Assembly: GCF_026571515.1 (NCBI RefSeq)
Contig: NW_026860870.1
Location: 62,001-126,000 of the forward strand
Length of the DNA stretch: 64,000 nt
From: Ruditapes philippinarum
Lineage: Eukaryota
Reading direction: 5' to 3'
Below, piece after piece: positions 12,346-25,490 of the stretch. Under the pieces are notes generated by a model that did not search any database, was not told the DNA's origin, and saw only the letters and a program-made list of their open reading frames with translations. A program made the position numbers and the translations under genes. The stretch's first letter is position 1. Each line of letters begins with the position of its first letter.

Positions 12346-14004
12346 AACGATTAAATTGTATTGTTTTGCATTTTCAATGCTTTGTTTAACATTAAACTTG
12401 CTGAATATGTAGTTTGTATGCTGAATATGCTGAATTTTGTCCTGCTTTTAAATTTGAAGCAAAAGGGATTTCAATATCGAAATACAAACATTGAGTTACC
12501 AACCATATAGAGCCTGGCAAGAAAGCTCTAAAGTGCATACTGGTCTGGCATTATTCAGATGGTTAAGGCCCAGCACTTTCAGAAGTTCTAGTGATTAAGT
12601 TTTTTTAATGTATCAAATTGTTGTATCAAATTGTCACTGTAAGATAATTTGTATAGTTAAAGAAATTAGTTTTCAAAATACACGAGCACAACGATAAAGG
12701 GACATCGTCAATCATGTTTATTTACAATTGCATCTTTTTCTGAACCCTTTTTACATATATTGCACTTAATGCCTAGCATACAAGTGAAATCAAACAACAT
12801 AAAATGTTAGATATTTGAACTAAGAGTCATTACACTTAATCACAAATGTCTGACATTTTGTTTTTACAATGGAATTTATTTGTTGTCCTTTTTATGATTG
12901 TTTTTCTCCTTAATTATTTCTATAATCGTAATTTGTCGCATATTTTGTAAAAAATGAAAAATCCAACTATAGCTTTTTTAGCTTTATTCATGCACTTAAA
13001 GTTAACCTCTAATGTTTGCATAATGTTGGCTTTGAAGCTTCAGCAAAGCTAACGGAAATTCACAGCTGCATTTTTTTTTGCCATTTTCGTCAAACTCCAA
13101 ATAAGATCTATATGATGTTCCGAAATAGAAATTCCTGACGAATGTCCAATCATGTGATCCATATCTTTATTTGGAATACCTCGATGATAAGCACTAGCCC
13201 TCATCAGAAGTTACTATTTATTGACATTTTTTTTTATTCAAAGGAAGACAATTGTTGTTGACTGGAACCAAAATGTTGTCTAATGTATAAGGTGCAACAT
13301 GGCGTTTGTTTATCTATGAATTAAGATACAATAAAAAAAATAAACCAGTCTTCAAGTTATATTTTGTTCAAGGTTTTGTTTGTATTCATGGGTGCCAAAA
13401 AAAAAATATAACTAGTAAAATGAGAAATGACTGCGTTGTTTATAAAGAGTAGTGTTGTCATATGCTTCCAAATACACTTTCTTGTCCTTCGGGAAAAGGG
13501 TACTTCGATAAAAGGGCCGTTCGATAAAAGATTAGTTCGACAAAAGAGACGTAAAAGGGACCATACAATTATAAATAATTCTCATAATAGCTTACGTCGG
13601 TGCTGGCGTGTGGACGTGAGAGATATTGTACAATAATTCTTTGCTGATGTTTCTTTTCCTCGCTGTCCTGAACATAAGTGATATTTATAATCTGTAATGT
13701 ACAGATATTTGGACATAAAAAAACCAGAAAGAATAAATCCCCATTTTTTTTCTTTCTGCAATAAAACATCAAAAATGTCAAATATTAAACATAATTACAA
13801 TGACATTTATAGTGAAAGGTTAAAGTTAAATGAAATTTATGCATTATGTTATATTATTACATTATACTTGTCTCATTACATAATGTGAATAAGTATAATT
13901 ATCTCGCTGTAACTTTTAGTTAACATATGTTTGTTATTTAACGCAATCTACAATGTACGTTGTTTCGTTTGGACAATCGTGATTTTTAATTTCGTCCCTA
14001 CCTG

Positions 14005-14236
14005 CGATGCACGATGGTACGATGACACGATGGTGAAAACACGATGGTACGATGGTGAAAAGGCGATGGTACGATGACACGATGATGAAAACACGATAGT
14101 AGGATGGTGAAAACACGATGGTACGATGATGAAAAGGCGATGGTACGATGACACGATGATGAAAACACGATAGTACGATGGTGAAAACACGATGGTACGA
14201 TGGTAAAATCGCGAAGTCGCGATGATGCGATGGTGA
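14005..14236. repeat. Tandem array of ~22-bp gatggtgaaaacacgatggtac units, fragment of a foldback MITE family
   Basis: Same repeat vocabulary as the arrays inside 14632-15992. Confidence 0.8.
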
Positions 14237-14631
14237 TTGGCAAAGTTCTTTGTAAAACCAATATCCCACACATTGTAACTGTTAGTTTGTGCATTTTTGA
14301 AATAAGATGTAAACAAAAGATAAAATTTACCACAGGCTCGTACATCTTAATGGAACTAGATGATTAATACATGTCTTGTCCGACGAAAAAAGAATAATTT
14401 AAGTAGGTTATCATGCTGTTATTTTAATAAAACTGCAACGTTTTATTTTTTAAATATTGACTGAAATTATAATAAACACACACGTTTACTTGTTGCAAGT
14501 TTTGATAGAACAGTTATACGCTTGGTTTTTTTGTTTTAAATCTTAATCCGGTATAATATACATGTATAAATAAAAGGAGACAAAAAAACCCAGACCATAT
14601 CTTGGTTATCCGGTTTAACGGGTGTGATTAT

Positions 14632-15992
14632 TACGGAATGCCGTTAGGGCCATCGCCTATGAATGGTTTGATCTGAAACGCGATACTCGACAGTACGATG
14701 ATGAAAACGCGAAATCACGAAACTACGATGGTAAAAACGCGACAGTACGATGATGAAAACACGACAGAACGATAACGAAAACGCGAAAATACGACAGTAC
14801 GATGATGATAATGCGATAAAATATCATGTATTCATCATCGTACTTTCGCGTTTTCACCATCGTAATATCGTGATTTCGCGTTTCATCATCGTACTGTCGA
14901 GTTTTCATCATCGTACTATCGCGTTTTCACCATCGTACTATCGCGTTTTCATCATCGTACTGTCGTGTTTTCATCATCATACTATCGCGTTTTCACCATC
15001 GTACTGTCGTGTTTCCATCATCGTACTGTCGTGTTTTCATCATCGTACTATCGCGTTTTCATCATATTACTATCGCGTTTTCATCATCGTACTGTAGTGT
15101 TTTATCATCGTACTATCGTACTGTCGTGTTTTCATCATCGTCATGCGCGTTTTCATCATCGTACTGTCGTGTTTTCATCATCGTACTATCGCGTTTTCAT
15201 CATCGTACTATCGCGTTTTCATCATCGTACTATCGCGTTTTCACCATCGTACTGTCGTATTTTCATCATCGCATCAGCGCCTTCCGATGTACATATACAT
15301 GCTCATAAATAAACAATCGTAAATAGATTTATGAATCAGAATAAATGTTTACCTTCAGACTCCGAATCCGACATTTTAATTGTCACATGGAGGGTAAATT
15401 CTTCGCAATGCGTATGCGCATCGGAAGGCGACAGTACGATGGTAAAACGCCATAGTACGATGGTGAAAACGCGATAGTACGATGATGAAAACACGACAGT
15501 GCGATGATGAAAACATGACAGTACGCTGATGAAAACGCGACAGTACGATGATGAAAACGCGATAGTAGGATAATATTAACGCGAAAGTACGATGATGAAA
15601 ACACGACAGTACTGTGATAAAAACGCGATAGTGCGATGATGAAAACGCGATAGTACGATGATGAAAACACGACACTACGAAGATGAAAACGCGATAGTAC
15701 GATGGTGAAAACACGGCAGTACGATACTACGATGATGAAAACGCGAAATCACGAAACTACGATGGTGGAAACACGACAGTACGATGGTGAAACACGATAG
15801 TTTATCGCCTTTTCATCATCGTAGTATCGTACTGTCGCGTTTTCATCATCGTACTATCGCGTTTCATCATCGTACTTTCACGTTTTCACCATCGTAGTTT
15901 CATGATTTCGCGTTTTCACCATCGTACTATCGGTTAACGCGTTTCGATCTGATCAACACATTCATAGGCGATGACCCTAACGGCATTCCGTA
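14632..15992. mobile_element. Non-autonomous foldback DNA transposon, IS3EU-like (TACGG termini, 6-bp TSD)
   Basis: TIR TACGGAATGCCGTTAGGG ... CCCTAACGGCATTCCGTA. Exact TSD GATTAT at 14626-14631 and 15993-15998. Internal ~22-bp arrays alternate in orientation around a ~105-bp unique centre. The superfamily is inferred from TAY termini plus 6-bp TSD. Confidence 0.85.
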
Positions 15993-16659
15993 GATTATAG
16001 GGGTGTTTATATCTGTGTCATTATAAGGGTGTTTATATCTGTGTCAAATGAAATGTTAACAACCGTCAGGCCTCAGTTACGTTATGGAAAGTTGTGTAAA
16101 CAAATATGATCATGTTTTTATAGCCGTTTTGTGTTGCAACTATTTATTTGTGCTGATTCGCTACAGTTTTTGAATTAGTACTTTATGGTTATACAGTTGA
16201 CACAAAATTTTGATATTTTGTATGTGCTTTCTTCGCGTATTTACTTCATGTATTAAGCACCGAACATACTCTAAAAATGTAAAAACATCTTTGCTTTTGA
16301 TTGTCAGATTTAAAATATTATTCATTTACATGTCATTAAAATATTTATGTTCATAAGATGACGTCTCTTTTTTCTCATCGGTGTTTCGTTCTCCTGTATT
16401 ATTATTTTTTTATCCTATAAAAATGTGACTTTTTCACTCTCAAGGAGGTTTTTAATTTTAATAGGGCATTTGATGGACCGTTTAACGTTTGTAACAGAAA
16501 ACCAGCCTGCATATAACATACTTGTCATGTATGTTTGCTGTTGCATGTCGGAAGTGACATTAGCCTTATGACTATAATATTACCTTAGTTATAGTCTCAA
16601 AACATTTAAACAAGTTTTTACTTTTTTCACGTATTAATTTCAAATTCTGCTGAAGTCGG

Positions 16660-17128
16660 AGCTACGAGGCTTGAACGCTGGCTTACCGCTGCTAGGTGAT
16701 GTGAACGCTGCATTACCGGTGCTAGGAGACGTGAACGCTGCATAACCGGTGCTAGGAGGTGTGAACGGTGCATTACCGGTGCTAGAAGGCGTGAACACTG
16801 CATTACCGGTGCTAGGAGGCGTGAACGCTGGCTTACCGGTGCTAGAAGGCGTGAACGCTGCATTACCGGTGCTAGGAGATGTGAACGCTGCATTACCGGT
16901 GCTAGGAGATGTGAACGCTGCATTACCGGTGCTAGGAGATGTGAACGCTGCATTACCGGTGCTTAGAGGCGTGGACGCTGCATATCCGGTGCTAGGAGAT
17001 GTGAACGCTACATTACCGGTGTTAGGAGATGTGAACGCTGCATTACCGGTGCTAGGAGGCTTGAACGCTGCATTACCGGTGCTAAGAAGATGTGAACGCT
17101 GCATTACCGGTGCTAGGAGGCGTGAACG
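16660..17128. repeat. 30-bp minisatellite (gtgaacgctgcattaccggtgctaggag(at/gc)), about 15 copies
   Basis: Direct periodicity; it explains the three repetitive ORFs at 16627-17164. Confidence 0.95.
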
Positions 17129-18412
17129 GTAGCTAGCGAGGGTGCATATACCAATGCCTTCCATTAAAAAGCTAATATGAAGACTGTGTTGAATTTTGCT
17201 GTGTTGGTCTTCCTTTAATTGACTGAGTATTCAACTTACGTGTAAGAAGTTGCTTACAACATATCTACATATCTATTATACAAACTTAAATCATAAACTG
17301 AATGCAGTATAACATGTAAATCTTATTTCATTTCACTGTTGTTTACTCACACACTACCACTACCACTCATGTGACAACAGGTTCACATAGATCCTATCCT
17401 ATGATTCTCCGTGCATTGCATTAGACTTCACATTATACCGTATATTATATAATAAAGTTGGCACATATTAGTTGCATGGACAACTGCTTATATAACGTAG
17501 CGAAACGGCTTTGTTTACTTAAAGGATTCGAACATTTTAGAATGAACTTACGAATGGTAAATGTTAAGGTAATGAATTTAAAAGTTGTCATTCCGTTTGA
17601 TTTGTAAATAGATGAATTAATGGTAAACCGAGACCCTTACCATCCTTAATGCCTTGATATGGACTTGTCCATCTTACAGTCTGGACACAACCATTCACAA
17701 TTTTAGGTAAAACTCAAAATAGGTAATGACAATATAGCGAATAGAGTAGACCGTGATCAGAAGAGTTAGTTGTCAGCAGAAATGTAAGGGTTATAGAGGC
17801 AATGTGTATATGTTTAGTGAGAGATGTTAAATTTTTTGAACCTTGAGGATTATCAAGTACATTGTATATCATCATTGATGTATTAATGATATTTAAGATA
17901 TCATTTTATTCTTTTTGTTGTTGTTTGAATCAAGTATTCATTATGATACATGAAAACTGTTTGATTACTCTTAGGAAAATGGTTCATAATCACTGTAAAT
18001 TCTGGCTTAAACGGTGCTAGAGGGTCGTTCACCGTTGGTCGTCCATAAATAGAACAGGTAAAACTAATCAAACCTGCAACATCTTTTTCATTCTTTCAGT
18101 TTTCCATTATATCTATTTTGATGGCCACAAATTCCTAATAACAAACAATGATATAATAATAACAAACTTTCTATATAAATCCAATGTACTTTCTAACATA
18201 AGCATGCTTGAATATACACCAGTAAGTCATTTATACAGAAGAATAATTTTATTAAGAATGCAATAGAGGATAGAGTTTAGAAAAATATACTACACATAAT
18301 ACTATCAATATTGCATGCTGCTAATATCCATTATTTAACTGAGAAAGGTTAAAAGCGCAACTCGCACAGTTGCCTAGATTTCTTTAAAGGCGCGACAGTT
18401 TCTCGTCTTTAT

Positions 18413-18860
18413 TTACAAATCAGGGCATTTTTCCAGTGTTTCTAACAACATATCTGCCTTTGAATCATCCTCGCTAGTAAGGAGATGTACCCATGCGTCA
18501 ACTATACTATCCGTATGTGCCTTGCCGTCTCCATTATCAAACACATTAAAGAATGACTTCAGCCACTCATCGTGATTAAACCCAAAGGCTTTGTAAATAT
18601 TTGTGTATTCTTCTTCAGTAAGATATCCCTTGCCTTCCGGATCAATGACTGTGGCATTCTCAGTACACGCTTTTCGCATGATGTCCTCAAATTGTTTCTT
18701 ATCCGCCATAAAGCTTTTGTTTGTTGACTCAATGAACTCTGCTTCAGTCACAGGGCCTGATTTGCCATGGAAAACGAATTGGTCCCATTGACTCTGTGAA
18801 GTTTTGATCGCCTTTTCCTTCTCTTCACCTTCCAAGTGGCCTAGCTTCAGGAAAGTTTCT
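18413..18860 (-). CDS. SCP-like paralogue 3, last coding exon (CDS join 19403-19503, 18413-18860; 182 aa)
   Basis: Acceptor tttcttctAG at 18861-18862; GA|A GAA ACT TTC is in frame. Motifs GPVTEAEF, DPEGKGYLTEEEY, KAFGF and LTSEDDSK. More divergent than paralogues 1 and 2. Confidence 0.9.
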
Positions 18861-19227
18861 CTAGAAGAAAAACAAAATATATACATGTAGTTAAACAGAT
18901 TAAATCGTTAGTAACGTGATCATGACAGTACAAAATGAGCATGAACACTGATTAGCTGATTAATAATACATCCTTGAACTCTATTAGTCCAAAAGAAATA
19001 ACTGTATGCATGTTGTGAAATTACTTTGGTTTCTTGACCCCTTTATTTAAATGTATTGAAAATCAGCAAGTTGCTCTCGATGGATAGCCCCTATATTCAT
19101 GGTTTATTAAGAAGTAAAAAATCTAAGGCACAATCAGATTTGATGGTTAAAACCTAGCAACTATTGCACTAAAGTATAAAATTTTAATAATTTCCTAGAA
19201 AATAATAAGTCATAAAACAGCATTGCT

Positions 19228-19386
19228 GACCGCGTGGGTATAAACCCTGTCAAGGGCAATCCGTTGTTTCCTTGAGCAAGAAATTTTACATTCATTGCGT
19301 AGTAGTCCTGGTTGGTTCCAGGAACAGATTCGAGAGTGTTTCAATAAGCTTACAATCGAACTAAAATAAATTTGTATAAATTAAAC
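19228..19386 (+). mobile_element. CORE-type SINE fragment (3' part)
   Basis: ccttgagcaagaaattttac...ctggttggttccaggaacagattcgag. A reverse fragment of the same family lies at about 60965-61065. Confidence 0.55.
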
Positions 19387-19402
19387 AGTGGATGATACTT
19401 AC

Positions 19403-19503
19403 TCGGTTCGCTTTTCATCCTTTTGTGTTAACTGTCCTGTATGCTCTCTATCCACAGATTTAAACCAGACTCTCCATTTCCGAATCAAATATTCATTAGC
19501 CAT
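19403..19503 (-). CDS. SCP-like paralogue 3, first coding exon (MANEYLIRKWRVWFKSVDREHTGQLTQKDEKRT)
   Basis: ATG at 19501-19503, donor GTAAGT at 19397-19402, acceptor AG at 19517-19518; 101 nt. Confidence 0.92.
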
Positions 19504-20152
19504 TCCAGATGTATATCTGATAATACAAAAAAGTGTTTTCTTCTTTATCTTTAAACGGAATAAATCTTGATCGTACAAATTAAGTTATGTATGTCAGATG
19601 TCCAAAATTAAAGTGGAATGGTCTACCGTGGGAAGTATTTCAAACATTGATAACATTTGGAAATTCTTTCTAAATAGTTCTTGAAAAAAAACTAAGTGAT
19701 TAAGTATGAACATTTATATAATGAGTTATAATATTTTGTTCTAGAACAATTCGTTATCTGTTAAACATGAGAAGTCTTAAGATACTCATTTTTTATTACC
19801 TTGAACCATATTTTGCTTCTGTTGCTGTATGGTAATTAGTACAGTTGTACATAGTGACAACGTATTTCTATGGAAGATATTCTACTTTGTTTACATTTTG
19901 CTACCTTTATGACAAACTATTTCACATTAAGCGCTACTTTCTTCAAATGACAAGCCTTTAATGTGTTCTTTAACCATTTTAAACGTTATGAATTTCATAT
20001 TAACACTTTAAAAAATTATTCGTTTCTGAGACAAAATGTGCTTTTCAAGAAATAGAAAGAAAGAAAACAACCTAATTTCATCTGTAAAATTCACTGGATT
20101 CTAAATCGTAATAAGATATCCAAGGTTAGCTTTACAAAAAAACATCACTTAC

Positions 20153-20182
20153 CGTTCTTTCACTAAATATCCTTTTTACGCT
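20153..20182 (-). other. Candidate 30-nt 5'UTR exon of paralogue 3
   Basis: ttattcAG acceptor at 20183-20184 and a CG|GTAAGT donor at 20147-20152. Confidence 0.5.
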
Positions 20183-23100
20183 CTGAATAAAGTGAACGTA
20201 TTAAAATCTGATAGCGTAAACAATCTTGTTGCCAAGAGAAAATGCTTGTAAATACGTATTGAAAAAAGTACATGTGGTTTCGATAATTCTCTGTAACTTC
20301 TCTTGGCGGTTTTCCAGCTATCCTGTTATCTGCATCAATCTAAGTAATGATTTAAAAAACCCACATAAATCATAACCAAAATGCGTCAAATTTCATTAAT
20401 TATTTAAAAACTTAGTTTTAATTTGTTAACAGAGCGGGTTTACGTGGTCACCGTTACACAAAAACTGCAAATGATGCTTTTTGAATGTACTTTTTACTGT
20501 ACCTGAACTCGATACGGCAATTATAGCAAGGTAAAAATTGTCCTTATTGATTGATACACTCTATTTGGCAATTACAGCAAGGTACGTTGTCCTCATTGAT
20601 ACACTCATGAGTCATTTAGTCGACGGGGTCGAAATTAAATGTGACACCAGCACGACACGAATTATATTGACAATCGAAGGTGTAAACCTTATTCTTGTAG
20701 TTTTTAATGATTTTAATTAAGCGCGGTTATATGGCGTAAAAGACAATCAACAAAGAATGCATTTTACCGAACACGACAAGTACCATAACGTGCACGAGGA
20801 ACGCAAGCGCATAAGCTATACGCTCGTACCGTTCAACAAGGATTATTTTGAACGCAAATACTTATTTTACTTATAAAAAGTGTGCAATATTGGAATAACT
20901 ATACCGTATGTAAAATGATTGAGTAGCTCCCGAAATACTATATATAGATATTTTAATAGTGCCAATTAATAATTCGTTTAATAAAATGTTACAAGACTCC
21001 CACTATATGCATGTGGCGTAAAGGACAAAATATATATAAATATTGGACCAAGTTAGCATCCATGTCGACAGGAAAATTCCCAAATTAGTGTCAGATTGCT
21101 GCAGTTACGACAGAAATATTTTTTTCTCTAAACATAAGTAGGTGGAAAATTTGGTTAGTTTATTTATATCATGCAAATATTAAAATTTTTATTGCAACAT
21201 AGGCTTTATGTCCATTGACTGGAAATTCTATCAGTTAATTTGGATTCGTTTCCCCATTTTATGAAATATTTTGAACAGTTAAAAATGACCTCTTCGGAAA
21301 AATACATGAAAATGATTTTTTTGTTTGTTTGTTTTTGTTTTGTTCAAAATATCTCAAGTTTGAAATTAATGAAATGATTTCGTATTATAGACATAGTCAT
21401 CACACGGAAAACCCAAATGCCATACCATAATAATAATAATATAAAATTTATAAAGAACAATCCTATGTCAAAACAGTGTGAGACACATCAGATCGGACAT
21501 ACATGAAATAAAATTTCATAGGAAATTAAATTTCTTTATGTTAATTGTTTATAATATAAAACAATATATTATATAGTGCAACTTCATGTTTATATATATT
21601 ATAAAGAGCAAGTTCGTGTTATAATTGTGAGAAAGAATGGTAGCTGATGAAAATATCCCTAGAAATTGTTTTAAATTTTGATTTTATTCATTATCATAAG
21701 CCATAATGCTACAGATTTAATACCAAACGTAACTAAAAAGGCAGACTGGTTCTAGGACTTGCCTTTTGGTCATTTGTAATTTGTAACCCAACCCCTATTG
21801 AAGTATGAATGGAAGTAGGGGAAAGTGACATCAGTTTTTACTTTCTGCTGTCCTAGAGTGGGGTTGTTGAAGTTGCTTTCACAAAAAGGTTAGTGGTTGT
21901 AGTTTAAAGTGTGCAAGAACAACTTTGCGGGAATAACATAATCTCAATGATTCACATGTCTGTATGTGGATATGCTGGACTCAACGTCATACTAATCTCA
22001 GGGGGTGGGCTATAACATGTATAAATGACTGGTGAATAAGCTTAAGTCATATCAATAGAAAGCCCGACGTTCTTTCATTAAGGGGTGAAAATTAAATCTT
22101 CTTGTATATACATCATCACATTCTAAAATTTCAAAGGTGGACATTTTCGTATTGAAAGAAATAATACCTCATGGATTAATTCATGTATATGAAATGTCGT
22201 TTCATGATGAAAATTTTATGAAAAAGTTATTAAGTGCAAACCCTTAAATGAGTTAGCACGGTAATTTTGTTATAGTAACCGACCGGTGGATACGGTAAAA
22301 ACAAGTGCTTTATAGGAAGGCCTTTGTTGTTGTCACAATTTGATAGAAGTATATGTAATAAATATTATAATATTTACTTTTGCAAAATGTATGGAAATAA
22401 TCAATTTCTGTTTTGACATATTTTCGTAATGATACAGACTAAGCTGCCCCTGTCTTTCCTGTCGTTTTCCAATAGTTCTGAAATAACTTGAAATTTGAAT
22501 CTTACTTATAGTTTTATGTTTCTTTGTCCAGTTTAAAGTTATATAAAAATCCAGGGCCTCTTCTGCAAGGGCTTGTCGTACTACTTGCTTTCAACCACAA
22601 AATAATAACTTCACAAAACTAATCAGCATCACAAAACAACTTAAACCAAAACAACCAATGTTTACAGATATTTTTCAAAACGATAGCATCAACTACAAGA
22701 CAAAATCACTCAATAAAACTCTGCAAATATTAACCATATATATCTTACCAAACAAATATAACTCGACAATCAAATATAATGCAACAACAAAAAACAACTA
22801 AATACAACCAAAGAACCATGATCAATTAAGATCACCTCAATTAAATTCAACCAAATTCAACAAAACCTGAAAATTCCATTCAAAACAACAATATTGTCTT
22901 TTCTAAAAAATAAATAAATAAATAAATAAAAAATAAACGCTAGTGCCTTACCTAAACTGATGTAAATTTCTCCCAAACTAAACTGATGTTTTTTTTTGTA
23001 TTTCTCCGATCAAATATTTGCTAGCTTATAGATGTACGAGAAAGTCTATACAAAAAATGCGATAAAAATAACTATTCATTGAAACATGATATTTACACTA

Positions 23101-25197
23101 CTGTAGAATTTTTTTTAACTCGTTGTAAAAAATATAAAAAAGATAAAACTCAGGGGCGGCTTCTGAACAGGATTGGCGGTGGGGGGGGGGGGGCTGACAT
23201 GTTGGTTGCAGATTTTGACAAAAAGGAGAGAAAATAACACGATAGATGAAAAATGTGTTTTTAATCCTGGACCAGCATCGGCAATCTCCTGAAATATTCC
23301 GCTAAGTTTATCACATTCTATATTCTATACAGTAACTACAAATGCAATATGAGCCTACTCTTTACCGCCAGCACCGTGTATATGCAACGGGGTAGGTGTG
23401 GTAGAAGTGTTCCCTCCCATGTTCTGAGAAAATTTTGAAAATGGTGTTATTTCCTTGACTTTCTTATGCTTTTTATGGAAGCTTTTTGATAATTTAATTT
23501 ACATTTTTTTTATTTAAAATTTACATCATCAAGTTGCATTATTATTATTATTATTCAATAAGAAATTATTCCATCAATGAATGAGAAAATGTATTACCTG
23601 GTGTATAACATTCTTTGATTTTTGAAAACAAGCATGTTCTTTGAAATCTGATATTTTTTGAAACTGTGATTACTAATTTACTATTGCAGCTTTGTTTCGG
23701 TCGATGGCTCTTACAACAGTTCACCTAAATGTGAACGAGCTATTGTATATAAGATTTATTTAAGACAAGGAAAGACAATCAGGTTATATTACGCATTATT
23801 CGATTTTAATGATTTACTTTTTTTCTAAAAAAAACTGTATATGTTACAGGTAATTTTTGTAAAAGATAACCTTATAAATAGGAATTTTCGTGTATTGGCT
23901 GAATTTAGAATAAAGTGGTCGGTGAAAATACGGAAAATTTGTTTCAATGCAGTGACAAATAAATTTTTACTGTGAAAATACGGAAAATAGAAATACGCAT
24001 TTTATATCATCAATATTTCATTTATAAGTATATAAAATAAATATGTTTAAACCAAGTATGATAATTTAACCATTTAATTTATAGGCTATTCAAATATATT
24101 TATTTCAGACTCAAATATTGAAACCATGTCAGATGCTGTATGGAAAAGCTAGCAACTTTTAATGAAGAATACCTTTTCTGTTACCAAGTTTAATGTTTCC
24201 ACAAACCCTTAGGTTGTATGCAATGGTAATAGTACTATTTCGATCTATCATCCTCTCGTCCAATAATTTTTGCAATATTCCTAAGGGGCGAGTAATCTAT
24301 AAGACTTAAGAAAACGTAATGTTCTAGTTCTCTCCCCTGGACGCAATATTGCTCTCGTACGAAAGAAGAAAGGTTCATATCGATGAATTTCATTACTTGT
24401 AACTTTTTCAATTCTCTTCGTAAAAAGTTATTGATATACATTGTGTAAATAATTTAGATAGCATTTATGTAAAAGACAAGTCATATCCAAAGAGTTAAGT
24501 CAAGTCAAAAACCTATACATGTATGTGTTATATGTGTTTGTCAAACTGTAATTATTATTACATTTATGTAATTTTATATAAATCAATTTTGAATAACTGT
24601 TCACTTTGTTGTTAACCTTTCATCACCTTGCCTTGGTTTCGAATAAAATCTTGAAAATCTTGAGTTTATCAACTTATTTCTCCACCATAACTTCAATCTT
24701 TTTTTTCCAAACTAAACAAGTTTTAGCTGAAGAGACTTCAACGAACAGGTTTTTTAGTACTGTCGCACAATGTCAAAATAAAAGCGACATATAAAGTTAT
24801 GGAAGCCAGAACTAAACAATATTGAGAAGATAAAAATGTCTGGTTTAAGAGCAGTATTTGTTCTTCTCTGCAAATTGAATGCTTTTTGTTAAATTGGCGA
24901 TAAATTCAAAATTAAGCGTATTAATTTGTTGACATGTGCGAACGATTTTGATATTTACCACTAAATCAAACCCAAAACGCATTTGCTGCATCAAGATTCG
25001 TTTTTAAGTCTACATGTATTTATTATATAAGTTGTCACCTTTCAATTAAAAACGGCATTGCCTTGAGTAGTTATGTACGAGTGTACGTAGTAGAACCAAT
25101 ATCATGACATATGTTCGTTTATAAATGTACATGTATTGATCTTTGCGACCTTGATATGAAATATACATTTTATCTATATTTAGACCTGTCAAGTCTA

Positions 25198-25490
25198 TGG
25201 TGTGGCCAAAAGTTTGTAGAGCGCGATTATTTAAATCACTGTAAATAATGGCTAATCACGGTTGTGAAATTTCAAGAGAAACGAAAAAAAATTATTGAGC
25301 TGTTTGAAAGCGGATAGCATGCTAGGGATTTTGCAAAAAAATAATATTTACTAGTGAAAGCACGATTTCCAGGATTTTAAAGCGGTGGAATCAAAAGTGA
25401 GACACTGAAAATGCCCATCGACCTGGCAGGCGAAAAGCAATATCGGATCGCGCCGACCGCGCCTTGTTAAGGATTGTAAAAAACGGCGAT
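25198..25490 (+). mobile_element. Tc1/mariner remnant (5' TIR-like end plus decayed transposase N-terminus)
   Basis: TIR-like tggtgtggccaaaagttt. From the ATG at 25248, the frameshifted and stopped translation MANHGCEISRETK..IIELFESG..SESTISRILKRW..TENAHRPGRRKAISDRADRALLRIVK matches the Tc1 HTH/GRPR-like region. Confidence 0.7.

Noticed and set aside
13934-15714. Many overlapping ORFs rich in FHHRT/SSYYRVF
   Set aside because: They are translations of ~22-bp tandem arrays inside foldback MITEs, open in several frames on both strands.
16627-17164. Repetitive ORFs resembling mucin or antifreeze proteins
   Set aside because: A 30-bp minisatellite open in three frames, with no supporting splice signals or unique domain.
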